64,000 nt of DNA from an uncultured Rhodoferax sp. (GTDB lineage: Bacteria; Pseudomonadota; Gammaproteobacteria; Burkholderiales; Burkholderiaceae_C). The stretch lies in contig CAZIGL010000002.1 of NCBI GenBank assembly GCA_964538895.1, forward strand, positions 141,931 to 205,930, in the 5' to 3' direction. Each line of letters opens with the position of its first letter. Positions within the stretch are counted from its first letter, which is position 1. The notes beneath the pieces were generated by a model. The model was not told the DNA's origin. It made no database searches and saw only the letters and a list, made by a program, of their open reading frames with translations. Made by a program: the position numbers and the translations under genes. Shown piece by piece: positions 18,503-28,332 of the stretch.

Positions 18503-20050
18503 TTACGGGCGCGCCGGCTTGGCGGGTTTTTTCTTGGCAGCTGGTTTGGCTGGCGCACGCTTGACCGACTTGGCGCTCGTTGTTTTGCCACGCGCTTTGA
18601 CGCTGCCTTTGGCCTTGGCCGGCAAGTAAAGCACCACCGTTTGCCCGCGCTTGAAGGAGGCTGAGGTGCTGACCTTGTTCCAATCGGCGAGCACTTGGGC
18701 GCTCACGCTGAAGCGCCTTGCCATGCTGGCCACATTGTCTTTTTTGCCGGCTTTCACCACAGTCCGCCGGAGCACCACATCGGGTGCCAGGGACAGGTAG
18801 CCGTTGTTGGCGACATGCGCCGTGACGTCGTTGTCCAGGCCGGCCGAGCGGCGCACCAGCAGGGCTGACCCCGCCTTGATCCGCATGCGTGGCGGGATCT
18901 TGTTGACACTGCGTAATTCGGTCTCGGACATGCCAACGCGTTTGGCCGCCTCTGCCGGGCTGAGGGTGGTGGGCGCCACCCAGGCGGTCCAGTTGGCCAG
19001 ACGCTCGCCCGGGTACGTGCTCAGCTTGTGTTGAAAGCGTTCCGCGTTGTCCCAGGGCAGCAGAATCTGGGAGTTGCTGGCCGCCAGCAAAACCGGTTTG
19101 TTGGCGGAGGGGTTGAGCGCCCGAAAGTCGGCCTGTGACACCTCGGCCAGTTCGGCAGCCAGCGCCACGTCGATGTCGCGATCAATCTCGACGCTTTGAA
19201 AATACGGGTGATTTCCGATGTCCGGCAGCACCGTCCGGAATGACTCCGGGTTGGCCACAATGTTTTTGACAGCTTGCAACTTGGGCACGTACATGCGGGT
19301 TTCCATGGGCATGGTCAGATCGGTGTAGCCGGTGCCGGTACCGGCTATCCTGGCTTTCTTGATGGCCCGCTGCACACTGCCTTCGCCCCAGTTGTAGGCG
19401 GCCAGCGCCAGATGCCAGTCGCCAAACATGCGGTGAAGCTTTTGCAGGTAGTCGAGCGCGGCACGGGTTGATTCAATCACGTCGCGGCGGTCGTCGCGAA
19501 ACATGTTCTGCTTGAGGTCAAAGTACTTGCCGGTGGCGGGCATGAACTGCCACATGCCGGCCGCCTTGGCGCTGGACACCGCCTGCGGGTTGAAGGCGCT
19601 CTCGATGAACGGCAGCAGCGCCAGCTCGCTGGGCATGTCGCGGCGCTCCAGTTCCTCAACAATGTAGAACAGGTACTTGCTGCCGCGCTCGGTCATGCGC
19701 GCGATGTAGTCGGGGCGGCTGCTGTACCAGAGCTCTCGCTCGCTCACCAGATCGGTGTCGAGGTCGGGCATGGCAAAGCCCTGGCGCACCCGCGCCCACA
19801 GGTCAACCGGTGGCAGCAGCGCCTGCACGCTGCGCGAACGCAACGAAGGCTCGCTCGCCAGGGGTTTGAGACCGCCACCCGGATAGACCGAGGCCCTGCT
19901 CTCGGCCGGGCCGGACAGGCTGATGTCCGAACCGGCGGCTGCCGAGGACGTGCTCGTCGACGCATTTCCGGCCGGAACTGCCAGGGGTGAGGCGCAACCG
20001 GCCAGCCAGAGGACAGGCAGCAAGGCCAGTGCGTAGCAAATTCGTTTCAA
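18503..20050 (-). CDS. mltD: membrane-bound lytic murein transglycosylase D-like lipoprotein (SLT domain plus LysM repeats)
   Basis: Lipobox LWLAGC and SLT motif ESAFNPQAVSSAKAAGMWQFMP, followed by LysM-like repeats. The TTG start overlaps the gloB stop (TTGA). The C-terminus has a Lys/Ala/Pro-rich tail. Confidence 0.88.
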   Translation of the reverse strand: MKRICYALALLPVLWLAGCASPLAVPAGNASTSTSSAAAGSDISLSGPAESRASVYPGGGLKPLASEPSLRSRSVQALLPPVDLWARVRQGFAMPDLDTDLVSERELWYSSRPDYIARMTERGSKYLFYIVEELERRDMPSELALLPFIESAFNPQAVSSAKAAGMWQFMPATGKYFDLKQNMFRDDRRDVIESTRAALDYLQKLHRMFGDWHLALAAYNWGEGSVQRAIKKARIAGTGTGYTDLTMPMETRMYVPKLQAVKNIVANPESFRTVLPDIGNHPYFQSVEIDRDIDVALAAELAEVSQADFRALNPSANKPVLLAASNSQILLPWDNAERFQHKLSTYPGERLANWTAWVAPTTLSPAEAAKRVGMSETELRSVNKIPPRMRIKAGSALLVRRSAGLDNDVTAHVANNGYLSLAPDVVLRRTVVKAGKKDNVASMARRFSVSAQVLADWNKVSTSASFKRGQTVVLYLPAKAKGSVKARGKTTSAKSVKRAPAKPAAKKKPAKPARP

Positions 20051-20814
20051 AATTTATCTTTCCAGGTTCGCAGGGCGGCAAAGACAGCGACGGGGTCGCG
20101 TGCCTTGGGGGCGATCTGCTGCACCGCATGTGCCACGGCAGGCAAATGGGTGCGTAAAAAAGGATTCACGGCTTTTTCAAGACCGATCGAAGAGGGCAGC
20201 GTGGGGTGCTGCTGCTGACGCAGCACCTGGGCGTGCGTCTGGTAAGCCTGCAGGTCGGCATTGCCGGGCTCAACCGCCAGTGCAAAGCGCAAACTGCCCA
20301 AAGTATATTCATGTGCACAGCATACCCGGGTGGCCTCGGGCAGCGCGGCCAGCCGCGTCAGGGACATCAGCATCTGTGCCGGCGTGCCTTCAAACAGCCG
20401 CCCGCAACCGGCGCTGAACAGGGTGTCGCCACAAAACAGCACCGGGTCGGCACCCGGCACCTGGCCCCAGTAGGCAATGTGACCAGCGGTGTGGCCCGGC
20501 ACCAGCAGCACCTGCAGGCGCAACCCGAGCACGGTGACGACGTCGCCGTCGCCCAGCCGTTGCAGCGGTTCGGGCATGTCTTCGGTGGCAGGGCCGTAAA
20601 CCTGCGCGCCGGTTTTTTGGCGCAGCACATCAACCCCACCGGTGTGATCGCCATGGTGGTGCGTGACTAAAATCGAATCAAGCGTCAGCCCGAGTTGGGC
20701 CAGGGCAGCCAGCACGGGGTGTGCATCGCCAGGGTCCACTACCAGCGCGCGATGGTCGTCGTGCAGCATCCAGATGTAGTTGTCGTTGAAAGCAGGTATT
20801 GGAATTAACTTCAT
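20047..20814 (-). CDS. gloB: hydroxyacylglutathione hydrolase (glyoxalase II)
   Basis: MKLIPIPAFNDNYIWML...THHHGDHTGG. Confidence 0.93.
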   Translation of the reverse strand: MKLIPIPAFNDNYIWMLHDDHRALVVDPGDAHPVLAALAQLGLTLDSILVTHHHGDHTGGVDVLRQKTGAQVYGPATEDMPEPLQRLGDGDVVTVLGLRLQVLLVPGHTAGHIAYWGQVPGADPVLFCGDTLFSAGCGRLFEGTPAQMLMSLTRLAALPEATRVCCAHEYTLGSLRFALAVEPGNADLQAYQTHAQVLRQQQHPTLPSSIGLEKAVNPFLRTHLPAVAHAVQQIAPKARDPVAVFAALRTWKDKF

Positions 20815-21574
20815 GGCTGATCAAATTATAGGTTTGCACGAATGGATCACCACGCCACCAGGGACTTACCTGCTGGCATGGGAGCGCGCGCAAATGGCGG
20901 CGGCGGTGGCCGATGTGTTTGGTTTTCATGCTTTGCAGCTGGGTTTGCCTGAGCTTGAGGCGCTGGCTGCCAACCGCATGCCGCACCGTTGGCTGGCCAC
21001 CGAAACCCCCCACAAAAATGCCGCTTTTGTCACTGACTTTTCGGCCTTGCCCTTTCCCGCCAATAGCCTTGATCTGGTGGTGCTGCCCCATGCACTTGAG
21101 CTCACCGCAGACCCGCACGCAGCCTTGAGTGAGGTGGCCCGGGTATTGGTGCCCGAGGGTCGGGTGGTGATTTGCGGCTTTAACCCCATGAGCTTGTGGG
21201 GCTTTCGGCAACAACGGGCGCACCTGTACCGTCGCCTCGGTGTGAACCGGCTGTTTTTGCCCCAGGCGGGCGAATTTATTGGCTACCTGCGCTGCCGTGA
21301 CTGGCTGCGGCTGTTGAATTTCGAGATTGAGTCCGGACACTTTGGTTGCTATCGACCGGCTTTTGCCAGCGCGCCCTGGTTGCAGCGGTTTGCCTGGATG
21401 GACCAGGCTGGCGCACGCTGGTGGCCTTTTTTTGGCGCGGTTTACTTTTTGGTGGCGGTCAAGCGGGTGCGTGGCATGACGCTGCTCAATCCGCCCTGGA
21501 AATCCGCCCGCATTTTGGCCAATGCGCCGGTGTCGGTGGTCAACAGCTCGGGCTCCAGCAAGTCAGGCATCTGA
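20813..21574 (+). CDS. class I SAM-dependent methyltransferase (YafS-like)
   Basis: ORF 20780..21574. ATG 20813 gives MADQIIGLHEWITTPPG... The gloB / methyltransferase / rnhA neighbourhood matches E. coli yafS. Confidence 0.75.
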   Translation: MADQIIGLHEWITTPPGTYLLAWERAQMAAAVADVFGFHALQLGLPELEALAANRMPHRWLATETPHKNAAFVTDFSALPFPANSLDLVVLPHALELTADPHAALSEVARVLVPEGRVVICGFNPMSLWGFRQQRAHLYRRLGVNRLFLPQAGEFIGYLRCRDWLRLLNFEIESGHFGCYRPAFASAPWLQRFAWMDQAGARWWPFFGAVYFLVAVKRVRGMTLLNPPWKSARILANAPVSVVNSSGSSKSGI

Positions 21575-21607
21575 CTTTTTTAACAACTGAAAAATGAGAA
21601 CACGCCT

Positions 21608-22057
21608 TTGAACTCTATTGAAATTTACACCGACGGCGCCTGCAAAGGCAACCCGGGTCCGGGTGGCTGGGGTGCGCTGCTGAAATCTGCCGACGCCCAA
21701 AAAGAACTCTTTGGCGGCGAGATGGGCACCACCAACAACCGCATGGAAATGATGGCCGTGATCGAGGCGCTGTCGGCCTTGAAGCGCCCCTGCAAGGTCA
21801 CGCTGCATGTGGACAGCCAGTATGTGCTCAAGGGCATGACCGAATGGTTGCCGGGCTGGAAAGCGCGTGGCTGGAAGACTGCCGCCAAGGCGCCGGTCAA
21901 AAATGTTGATTTGTGGCAGCGCCTGGACGTGCTGGTCAACAGCGGCACGCACCAGATTGATTGGCGCTGGGTGCGTGGCCACAATGGCGACCCCGGCAAT
22001 GAGCGCGCTGACGAATTGGCCAACCGGGGTGTGGCCATGGCACTGCGCCAGCCTTGA
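21608..22057 (+). CDS. rnhA: ribonuclease HI
   Basis: [19 protein letters not shown]...[10 protein letters not shown]...[18 protein letters not shown]. Apparent TTG start. Confidence 0.95.
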   Translation: MNSIEIYTDGACKGNPGPGGWGALLKSADAQKELFGGEMGTTNNRMEMMAVIEALSALKRPCKVTLHVDSQYVLKGMTEWLPGWKARGWKTAAKAPVKNVDLWQRLDVLVNSGTHQIDWRWVRGHNGDPGNERADELANRGVAMALRQP

Positions 22058-22179
22058 CCATGCGCCAGCGGCTGCGCAGTGGTCTAGGGGTGAATCTGAC
22101 CCAGATTTTGCAGGCCGCACGTCGTGCCGCTACAGTTGCCCGCTGCAGGTTTCTTTTGTTTTGACTGGGTAATGACGCG

Positions 22180-23400
22180 ATGGCTTCCAAATTTTCTTAT
22201 CTGACAGTGGCTGTGGTTGGTATCGCTTTGGCTGGCGGGGCCGCCTGGTGGTTGCAGTCGCGCCCTTCTGCGCCCACTGCCCTCAATGCGGTGGACAAAA
22301 GCACCGCCAGGGCGGCAGGCGGTGCACCAGGTGCGCCGCGGGCGGTTGGTGTGGAGGTGGCCCAGGTGGCGGTGCAGGTGCTGCGTGACGATGCCCAGGC
22401 GGTGGGCAGCCTGCGCGCGCGCCACAGCGTGATGTTGCGCCCGGAGCTGGTGGGGCGCATCACCGCCCTTCACTTCAAGGACGGCGGCCCGGTGCGCAAG
22501 GGCCAGGTGCTGGTGCAGTTTGACGACCAGTTGCAGCAGGCCGAACTGCAGCAAATGCAGGCCCAGCTGGCCATTGCGCAGGCCAACCACAAGCGCACCC
22601 AGGAACTGGTGGCCGAGAAATTTTTGGCGCAACAAACGCTTGACACCAGCGCGGCCAACCTCAAGGTCGCGCAAGCCCAGCTGGCTCTGGCCCAGGCCCG
22701 GCTGAACCGTTTGGCGGTGCGCGCGCCATTTGACGGCACGGCCGGCATCCGGCTGGTGAACGTGGGCGACTATGTGAAAGACGGCACCGATCTGGTGGCC
22801 CTGGAAGACGCGCGCCAGATGCTGGTGGACTACCGGCTGCCCGAGCGCCATGGCGGCCAGGTCAAGCCGGGCCAAAGCGTTGAGCTGACCCTGGACGCCT
22901 TGCCCGGGCGCAGCTTCAGGGCGGCGGTTGAAGCCATTGATCCGCTGCTTGATGCCGATGGCCGCTCGGTGGGTGTGCGTGCGCTGTTGTCAACGCCTGA
23001 ACCTGCGCCGCTGCGCACCGGCATGTCGGCGCGTGTCACCACGGTGTTTTCAGTCAACCCGGCGGCTCTGGTGGTGCCCGAGGAAGCGATCGTGCCGCAG
23101 GGCAATCGGCAGTTGGTGATCCGGCTGGTGGCGCCTGACGCAGCGGCCCAATTGCCCGAAGGTGTGCAATGGGTGTCGCAGCGGCAAGAGGTCAAACTGG
23201 GGGTGCGCCGCGACGGTCGGGTTGAAATTGTTGAGGGGCTCAACGCCGGCGACACCGTGGTGGTGGCAGGCCAGCAGCGGCTGCAAAAAGACGGCTCACC
23301 AGTGCGCATTGTTGAGCTCGGCCAGCCCGCCGGCAAGGCGTCAGCGGCCACGCCGCCTGCGGCCCAGGCCAGCCCGCCTGCGCTTCAAGCCAGCCGCTGA
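22180..23400 (+). CDS. efflux RND transporter periplasmic adaptor (MFP)
   Basis: Signal/TM region, a coiled-coil hairpin (QLQQAELQQMQAQLAIAQAN), and beta-barrel domains. Located upstream of the RND pump. Confidence 0.9.
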   Translation: MASKFSYLTVAVVGIALAGGAAWWLQSRPSAPTALNAVDKSTARAAGGAPGAPRAVGVEVAQVAVQVLRDDAQAVGSLRARHSVMLRPELVGRITALHFKDGGPVRKGQVLVQFDDQLQQAELQQMQAQLAIAQANHKRTQELVAEKFLAQQTLDTSAANLKVAQAQLALAQARLNRLAVRAPFDGTAGIRLVNVGDYVKDGTDLVALEDARQMLVDYRLPERHGGQVKPGQSVELTLDALPGRSFRAAVEAIDPLLDADGRSVGVRALLSTPEPAPLRTGMSARVTTVFSVNPAALVVPEEAIVPQGNRQLVIRLVAPDAAAQLPEGVQWVSQRQEVKLGVRRDGRVEIVEGLNAGDTVVVAGQQRLQKDGSPVRIVELGQPAGKASAATPPAAQASPPALQASR

Positions 23401-23418
23401 TTCGCACGGACACCCACC

Positions 23419-26400
23419 ATGCAACTGGCTGAAACCTCCATTCGCCGCCCGGTCTTTGCCACCGTGCTGTCCTTGCTGATCGTGCTGATTGGCGCGGTCT
23501 CCTTCAACAGCCTGACGGTGCGCGAGTACCCCAAGATCGATGAACCCGTGGTGTCGGTCAGCACCACTTTTGCCGGCGCCTCCAGCGAGGTCATGGAAGC
23601 CCAGGTCACCAAGGTGCTGGAAGACTCACTCTCGGGCATTGAAGGCGTCGATGTGATCACCTCCACCAGCCGTCAGGAGCGCAGCCAGATCTCGGTGCGG
23701 TTTGCCCTCACGCGTGATGCCGACGCCGCTGCCGCCGACGTGCGCGACAAGGTCACCCGGGTGCGCCAGCGCCTGCCGCAAGGCATTGACGAGCCGGTCA
23801 TCGCCAAGGTCGAGGCCGAGTCGTTTCCGGTGATTTTTCTGGCCTTGAGCTCCGACACCCACACCGCGCTGCAACTCTCCGAGATGGCCAACACCCTGGT
23901 CAAGCCGGTGCTGCAAACGGCGCCGGGGGCCGCTGAAGTGAATATTTATGGCGAGCGCAAATTTGCCATGCGCATCTGGGTTGACCCCGACAAACTGGCG
24001 GCCTACAAGTTCGCCGTGCAGGACCTTGAAGACGCCTTGCGCCGCGCCAACCTGGAGGTGCCCGCCGGGCGCATCGAAAGCGCCCAGCGTGAGTTCAACG
24101 TCACCGCCGCCACCGACCTGGCGCAAGCCAGTGAATTCGCCCAGGTGGTGATTCGCACCGTTAACGGCCAGCCCATTCGCATTGGTGACGTGGCCCGGGT
24201 GGAAGAAGCGCCGGTGGACGAGCGCTCTTTTGTGCGCCTGAATGGGCGCGACGCCGTCGGTGTGGGGGTGGTGCGCCAAAGCACGGCCAACCCGCTCGAC
24301 CTGTCCCGGGGCGTGTACAGCCTGCTCGACAAATTGCGCCAAGACCTGCCGCCGGGCGTGCAGATCGAGGTGGCCAATGACAACTCGGTGTTCATCGACG
24401 AATCCATCAAGGCCGTCTTCATCACCATTGTCGAAGCGGCGGTGCTGGTGGCGCTGGTGATCTTTGTCTTTTTGCGCACCTTGCGCGCCTCCCTGATTCC
24501 GCTCATCACCATTCCGGTGTCGCTGATCGGCACCTTTGCCATGATGGCGCTGGCGGGCTTCAGCATCAACACGCTCACGCTGCTGGCGCTGGTGCTGGCG
24601 ATTGGCCTGGTGGTCGATGACGCCATCGTCATGCTGGAGAACATTTACCGCCACATCGAAGAAGGCATGGCGCCGTTTCAGGCGGCCATCAAAGGCGCAC
24701 GCGAGGTCGGCTTTGCCATTGTCGCCATGACCATGACACTGGTGGCGGTGTACGCGCCGCTGGCGTTTTCGCCGGGGCGCACCGGGCGCCTGTTCACCGA
24801 ATTTGCGCTGGCGCTGGCGGGTGCAGTGGTGATTTCGGGCATTGTTGCGCTCACCTTGTCGCCCATGCTGTCGTCTTTGCTGCTCAAACACAACCCGCGC
24901 CCGACCTGGTTTGATTCGCACATGGAAAACCTGCTGCAATGGGTCACAAAGGTCTATGCCAGCATGTTGGCCTGGTCGTTGGGCAGGCGCTATCTGGTGC
25001 TGGCGGTGATGGTGGCCAGCGGTGCGGTGTCCTGGTGGGTGCTGGGTGACATCAAGCGCGAGCTGGCGCCACTCGAAGACCGCGGTGTGGTGCTGGCGCG
25101 CGTCAACGCACCCGACGGCGCCACCCTGGCCTACACCGACCGCTATGTGCGCGGCGTTGAGCGCATTGCCGAAGACTACCCCGAATTCGACCGCATTTTT
25201 TCCACGGTGGGCAACCCCACGGTGTCGCAGGCCAACGTGTTTTTCAGGGCCAAACCCTGGGATGAGCGCGAGCGCACCACGCTGGAGATGGCGCGCGCCA
25301 TGAATCCACGTTTTTCGGGGCTGTCGGGCGTCAACGCCACACCGATCACACCACCGTCGCTGGGGCAGGGCTTTCGCAGCCAGCCGATTGAATTCGTCAT
25401 CATCACCTCCGAGAGTTACCAGGCGCTGGCGCAAACCGTGCAGGTTTTCCAGGACGAACTGGCCAAAAACCCCGGCTTTGTCCAGGTGGACTCGGATTTG
25501 CGGCTGAACAAACCCGAAATCAGGCTTGAAGTGAACCGTGAGCGTGCCGCTGATCTGGGCGTCAACGTCGATGCCATCGCACGTTCCGTCGAGACCCTGC
25601 TGGGCGGGCGCAAGGTGACCCGCTACAAGCGTGGTGGCGAACAGTACGACGTGATCGTGCAAACCAACCCCAGTGGCCGCGACACGCCCGACGACATCGA
25701 GAACATATTTGTCCGTGGCAAGGGCGCCGAGCTGATTCCGCTGTCCAGCCTGGTCACCATCCGCGAGGTGGTGGTGCCGCGCGAGCTGATCCACTTTGGC
25801 CAGCGCCGCGCCGCCACCATCACGGCCAACTTGACAGCCAATTATTCGGTGGGCGAGGCGCTCGACTTCATGGACGCCACCGCCAGGAAAGTGCTCACAC
25901 CCGGCTATGCCACCGACCTCAACGGCATCAGTCGCGAGTTCAAGAAATCATCGGATTCACTGACGCTGGTGTTCGCGTTGGCGCTGCTGTTCATTTTTTT
26001 GGTGCTGGCGGCGCAGTTCGAAAGCTTTGTTGATCCGTTTGTGATTTTGTTCAGCGTGCCCCTGTCGATGGCGGGGGCGCTGCTGGCGCTCAAATGGTCA
26101 GGCGGCACGCTCAATGTGTTCAGCCAGATCGGCCTCATCACGCTGGTCGGCTTGATCACCAAGCACGGGATTTTGATCGTGGAGTTTGCCAACAAGCTGC
26201 GTGAGCAGGGCCTGGACACCATGGCCGCCATCCAGCAGTCGGCGGCCCAGCGCCTGCGCCCCATCATGATGACCACCGGTGCCATGGTGCTGGGCGCGGT
26301 GCCGCTGGCCATATCGACGGGTGCCGGGGCCGAGAGCCGACAGCAAATTGGCTGGGTGATTGTGGGCGGCATGAGCCTGGGCACTTTGCTCACGGTCTTT

Positions 26401-26493
26401 GTGGTGCCCACCATGTACACCTTGCTGGCGCGCAAAAGGGTGCCGGGACCCAAGACGGAGCTGGCTTTAAGCCCGGCGGTCAAACCCGGTTAA
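23419..26493 (+). CDS. RND efflux permease (AcrB/MdtB-like, 1024 aa)
   Basis: MQLAETSIRRPVFATVLSLLIVLIGAVSF... with a 12-TM architecture and two large periplasmic loops. Confidence 0.95.
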   Translation: MQLAETSIRRPVFATVLSLLIVLIGAVSFNSLTVREYPKIDEPVVSVSTTFAGASSEVMEAQVTKVLEDSLSGIEGVDVITSTSRQERSQISVRFALTRDADAAAADVRDKVTRVRQRLPQGIDEPVIAKVEAESFPVIFLALSSDTHTALQLSEMANTLVKPVLQTAPGAAEVNIYGERKFAMRIWVDPDKLAAYKFAVQDLEDALRRANLEVPAGRIESAQREFNVTAATDLAQASEFAQVVIRTVNGQPIRIGDVARVEEAPVDERSFVRLNGRDAVGVGVVRQSTANPLDLSRGVYSLLDKLRQDLPPGVQIEVANDNSVFIDESIKAVFITIVEAAVLVALVIFVFLRTLRASLIPLITIPVSLIGTFAMMALAGFSINTLTLLALVLAIGLVVDDAIVMLENIYRHIEEGMAPFQAAIKGAREVGFAIVAMTMTLVAVYAPLAFSPGRTGRLFTEFALALAGAVVISGIVALTLSPMLSSLLLKHNPRPTWFDSHMENLLQWVTKVYASMLAWSLGRRYLVLAVMVASGAVSWWVLGDIKRELAPLEDRGVVLARVNAPDGATLAYTDRYVRGVERIAEDYPEFDRIFSTVGNPTVSQANVFFRAKPWDERERTTLEMARAMNPRFSGLSGVNATPITPPSLGQGFRSQPIEFVIITSESYQALAQTVQVFQDELAKNPGFVQVDSDLRLNKPEIRLEVNRERAADLGVNVDAIARSVETLLGGRKVTRYKRGGEQYDVIVQTNPSGRDTPDDIENIFVRGKGAELIPLSSLVTIREVVVPRELIHFGQRRAATITANLTANYSVGEALDFMDATARKVLTPGYATDLNGISREFKKSSDSLTLVFALALLFIFLVLAAQFESFVDPFVILFSVPLSMAGALLALKWSGGTLNVFSQIGLITLVGLITKHGILIVEFANKLREQGLDTMAAIQQSAAQRLRPIMMTTGAMVLGAVPLAISTGAGAESRQQIGWVIVGGMSLGTLLTVFVVPTMYTLLARKRVPGPKTELALSPAVKPG

Positions 26494-26517
26494 CGCTTCC
26501 CTCCTGGGTGATCAGCT

Positions 26518-26587
26518 TGTCTGGGCGCTCTGCTTCGTGTCCCCCGGCCTTCGGCCTCCTCCTTGACCTACGCAGAGCACCCAGACA
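26518..26587. repeat. 70-bp hairpin element (family D) after the RND gene
   Basis: Arms TGTCTGGGCGCTCTGC and GCAGAGCACCCAGACA match 15 of 16. There is an inner GGCCTTCGGCC hairpin. Confidence 0.7.
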
Positions 26588-26721
26588 ACCTGCTTCATCG
26601 CGCGGCCGTCAAAGCTTTCCCGCGCTGTGTCTGCCAGCGAACAGACTTGTCCAGATGTGTCACCTATAACGTTGGTTGTCCAAAGCGATTCTGCTTTCGG
26701 AGAACCGTTACAGGAGATTCC

Positions 26722-27099
26722 ATGATCAAAATACGTACCCGAGGCGGTCTTGCCTTGATGTCTGCCGCCGCTCTTGCGCTCACGGTGGGCTGTACCAGCC
26801 TGAAGACCCCGGCAACCGCTGATGTGGCGGTGTCGAGTGCGGCCGTGACCAACGCAGCGGGTGCCGGTGGTGCCCAGTACGCGCCACTGGAAATGACGGC
26901 GGCCCGGGAGAAACTGGCACTGGCCAACAAAGCCATGCTGGCCAGAGACTACGCGCTGGCGATCGAGCTGGCCAATCAGGCGCAGGCCGACGCCAAGCTG
27001 GCACAAAGCAAAGCCAGTTCGGTCAAGGCACAAGCTGTTGCTGATGTCTTGCAGGACGACATTCGCGTGTTGCGCGAAGAACTCAATCGCCCGCGTTAA
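26722..27099 (+). CDS. DUF4398-family lipoprotein
   Basis: ORF 26563..27099. ATG 26722 follows AGGAGA. Lipobox LTVGC and motif YAPLEMTAAREKLALANKAM. Confidence 0.8.
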   Translation: MIKIRTRGGLALMSAAALALTVGCTSLKTPATADVAVSSAAVTNAAGAGGAQYAPLEMTAAREKLALANKAMLARDYALAIELANQAQADAKLAQSKASSVKAQAVADVLQDDIRVLREELNRPR

Positions 27100-27126
27100 C
27101 CCCTTTTTATTCTGACAGGAAACACC

Positions 27127-28017
27127 ATGACCAAAACCAAACTGGCCCCGATCGTGCTGGCGGTTGCCGCCTTCATGGCGGGCTGCAGCGCGACCCCCAA
27201 AACCACCTCCATGCTGGAACAAGCCCGAAGCGACTACCTGGTGGCGCAAGGCAACCCCGACGTTGCCACCCACGCACCGCTTGAAATGAAGCAGGCCACC
27301 GAGGCCATGGCGCAAGCCAATGTGCTAGCCAACGAGCGCGGCAGCGACGACACCATCAACAACCTGGCTTATCTGGCCAAGCAAAAAATTGCCCTGACGC
27401 AAGAAGTGAGCAAGCGCAAAGTGGCCGAGGCCGACATTGCCAACGCCGGCAAAGAGCGCGACCAACTGCGCCTGGACTCGCGCACCAACGAAGCCAACGC
27501 CGCCAAGCTGGATGCCGAAAAGGCCACCCTGGCCGCGCAACAGGCACAAGGTGATGCGGCCCGGGCCCAGCGCCAGATGCAAGACGCTCAGGCCCGCGCG
27601 GCCCAGCTCGAAGCCCAGTTGGCCGAGCTGGCTACCAAAAAGACCGCTCGCGGCACCGTTATCACGCTGGGAGATGTGTTGTTTGGCACCGACCTGTCGC
27701 GCCTGACGGCCGACGGCATGCGCAGCGCCCAGAAGCTGGCCGATGTGTTGCAGCAAAACCCGCAGCGCAATGTGCTGATTGAAGGCTTTACCGACAGCAC
27801 GGGTGCCGCCGACCACAACCAGGGCTTGTCCGAGCGCCGCGCCGGCGCGGTGCGCACCGCCCTGCTGGAGCTGGGCGTGGCGCGTGAGCGCATTGACATG
27901 CGCGGCTACGGGGAATCTTTTCCGGTGGCCGGCAATGACAGCGCCGCCAGTCGCCAGCTCAATCGCCGTGTCGAAATCGTTCTCTCGGACGACAGCGGCA
28001 AAGTGATCCCACGTTAA
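27127..28017 (+). CDS. OmpA-family lipoprotein with DUF4398-like N-domain and coiled coil
   Basis: Lipobox FMAGC and HAPLEMKQATEAM, then a Q/A-rich coiled coil. C-terminal OmpA_C region: GFTDSTGAADHNQGLSERRA...NRRVEIV. Confidence 0.88.
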   Translation: MTKTKLAPIVLAVAAFMAGCSATPKTTSMLEQARSDYLVAQGNPDVATHAPLEMKQATEAMAQANVLANERGSDDTINNLAYLAKQKIALTQEVSKRKVAEADIANAGKERDQLRLDSRTNEANAAKLDAEKATLAAQQAQGDAARAQRQMQDAQARAAQLEAQLAELATKKTARGTVITLGDVLFGTDLSRLTADGMRSAQKLADVLQQNPQRNVLIEGFTDSTGAADHNQGLSERRAGAVRTALLELGVARERIDMRGYGESFPVAGNDSAASRQLNRRVEIVLSDDSGKVIPR

Positions 28018-28047
28018 TTCTCAACGCCATCAACCCAAGGAAAAATC

Positions 28048-28332
28048 ATGACCACCAAAAATGTGTACATCGAAAGAATGAAGTCGCAGCTGGATGAACT
28101 CAACGCCAGCATGAACACGCTCGAAGCCAAGGCCACCGACGCCCGCGCCGACGCCCGCGCCGCCTACCTGGAAGAAATGCGCAAGCTGCGCCACCAGTCC
28201 AAGCTGGCCAGCGCCAAGCTCGACGAGCTCAAGGCGGCTGGCGAAGACAACTGGAACGCCATGACAGCCGAGATGGAAAAAGTTCGCGAAGCCTTTGTGC
28301 ATTCGTTCAACTACTTCAAATCTCAGGTTTAA
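28048..28332 (+). CDS. small coiled-coil protein of unknown function
   Basis: 94-aa ORF with AAGGAAAAA as RBS. Charged helical sequence ERMKSQLDELNASMNTLEAKA... Confidence 0.6.
   Translation: MTTKNVYIERMKSQLDELNASMNTLEAKATDARADARAAYLEEMRKLRHQSKLASAKLDELKAAGEDNWNAMTAEMEKVREAFVHSFNYFKSQV

Noticed and set aside
23626-25794. 722-aa ORF antisense to the RND permease
   Set aside because: Same high-GC antisense artefact. It has no recognisable motifs, and the sense frame is an unmistakable AcrB-family protein.
22180-26493. RND pump and adaptor without an adjacent outer-membrane factor gene
   Set aside because: Two-gene RND operons that recruit a TolC-like channel encoded elsewhere are common, so this is not unusual.
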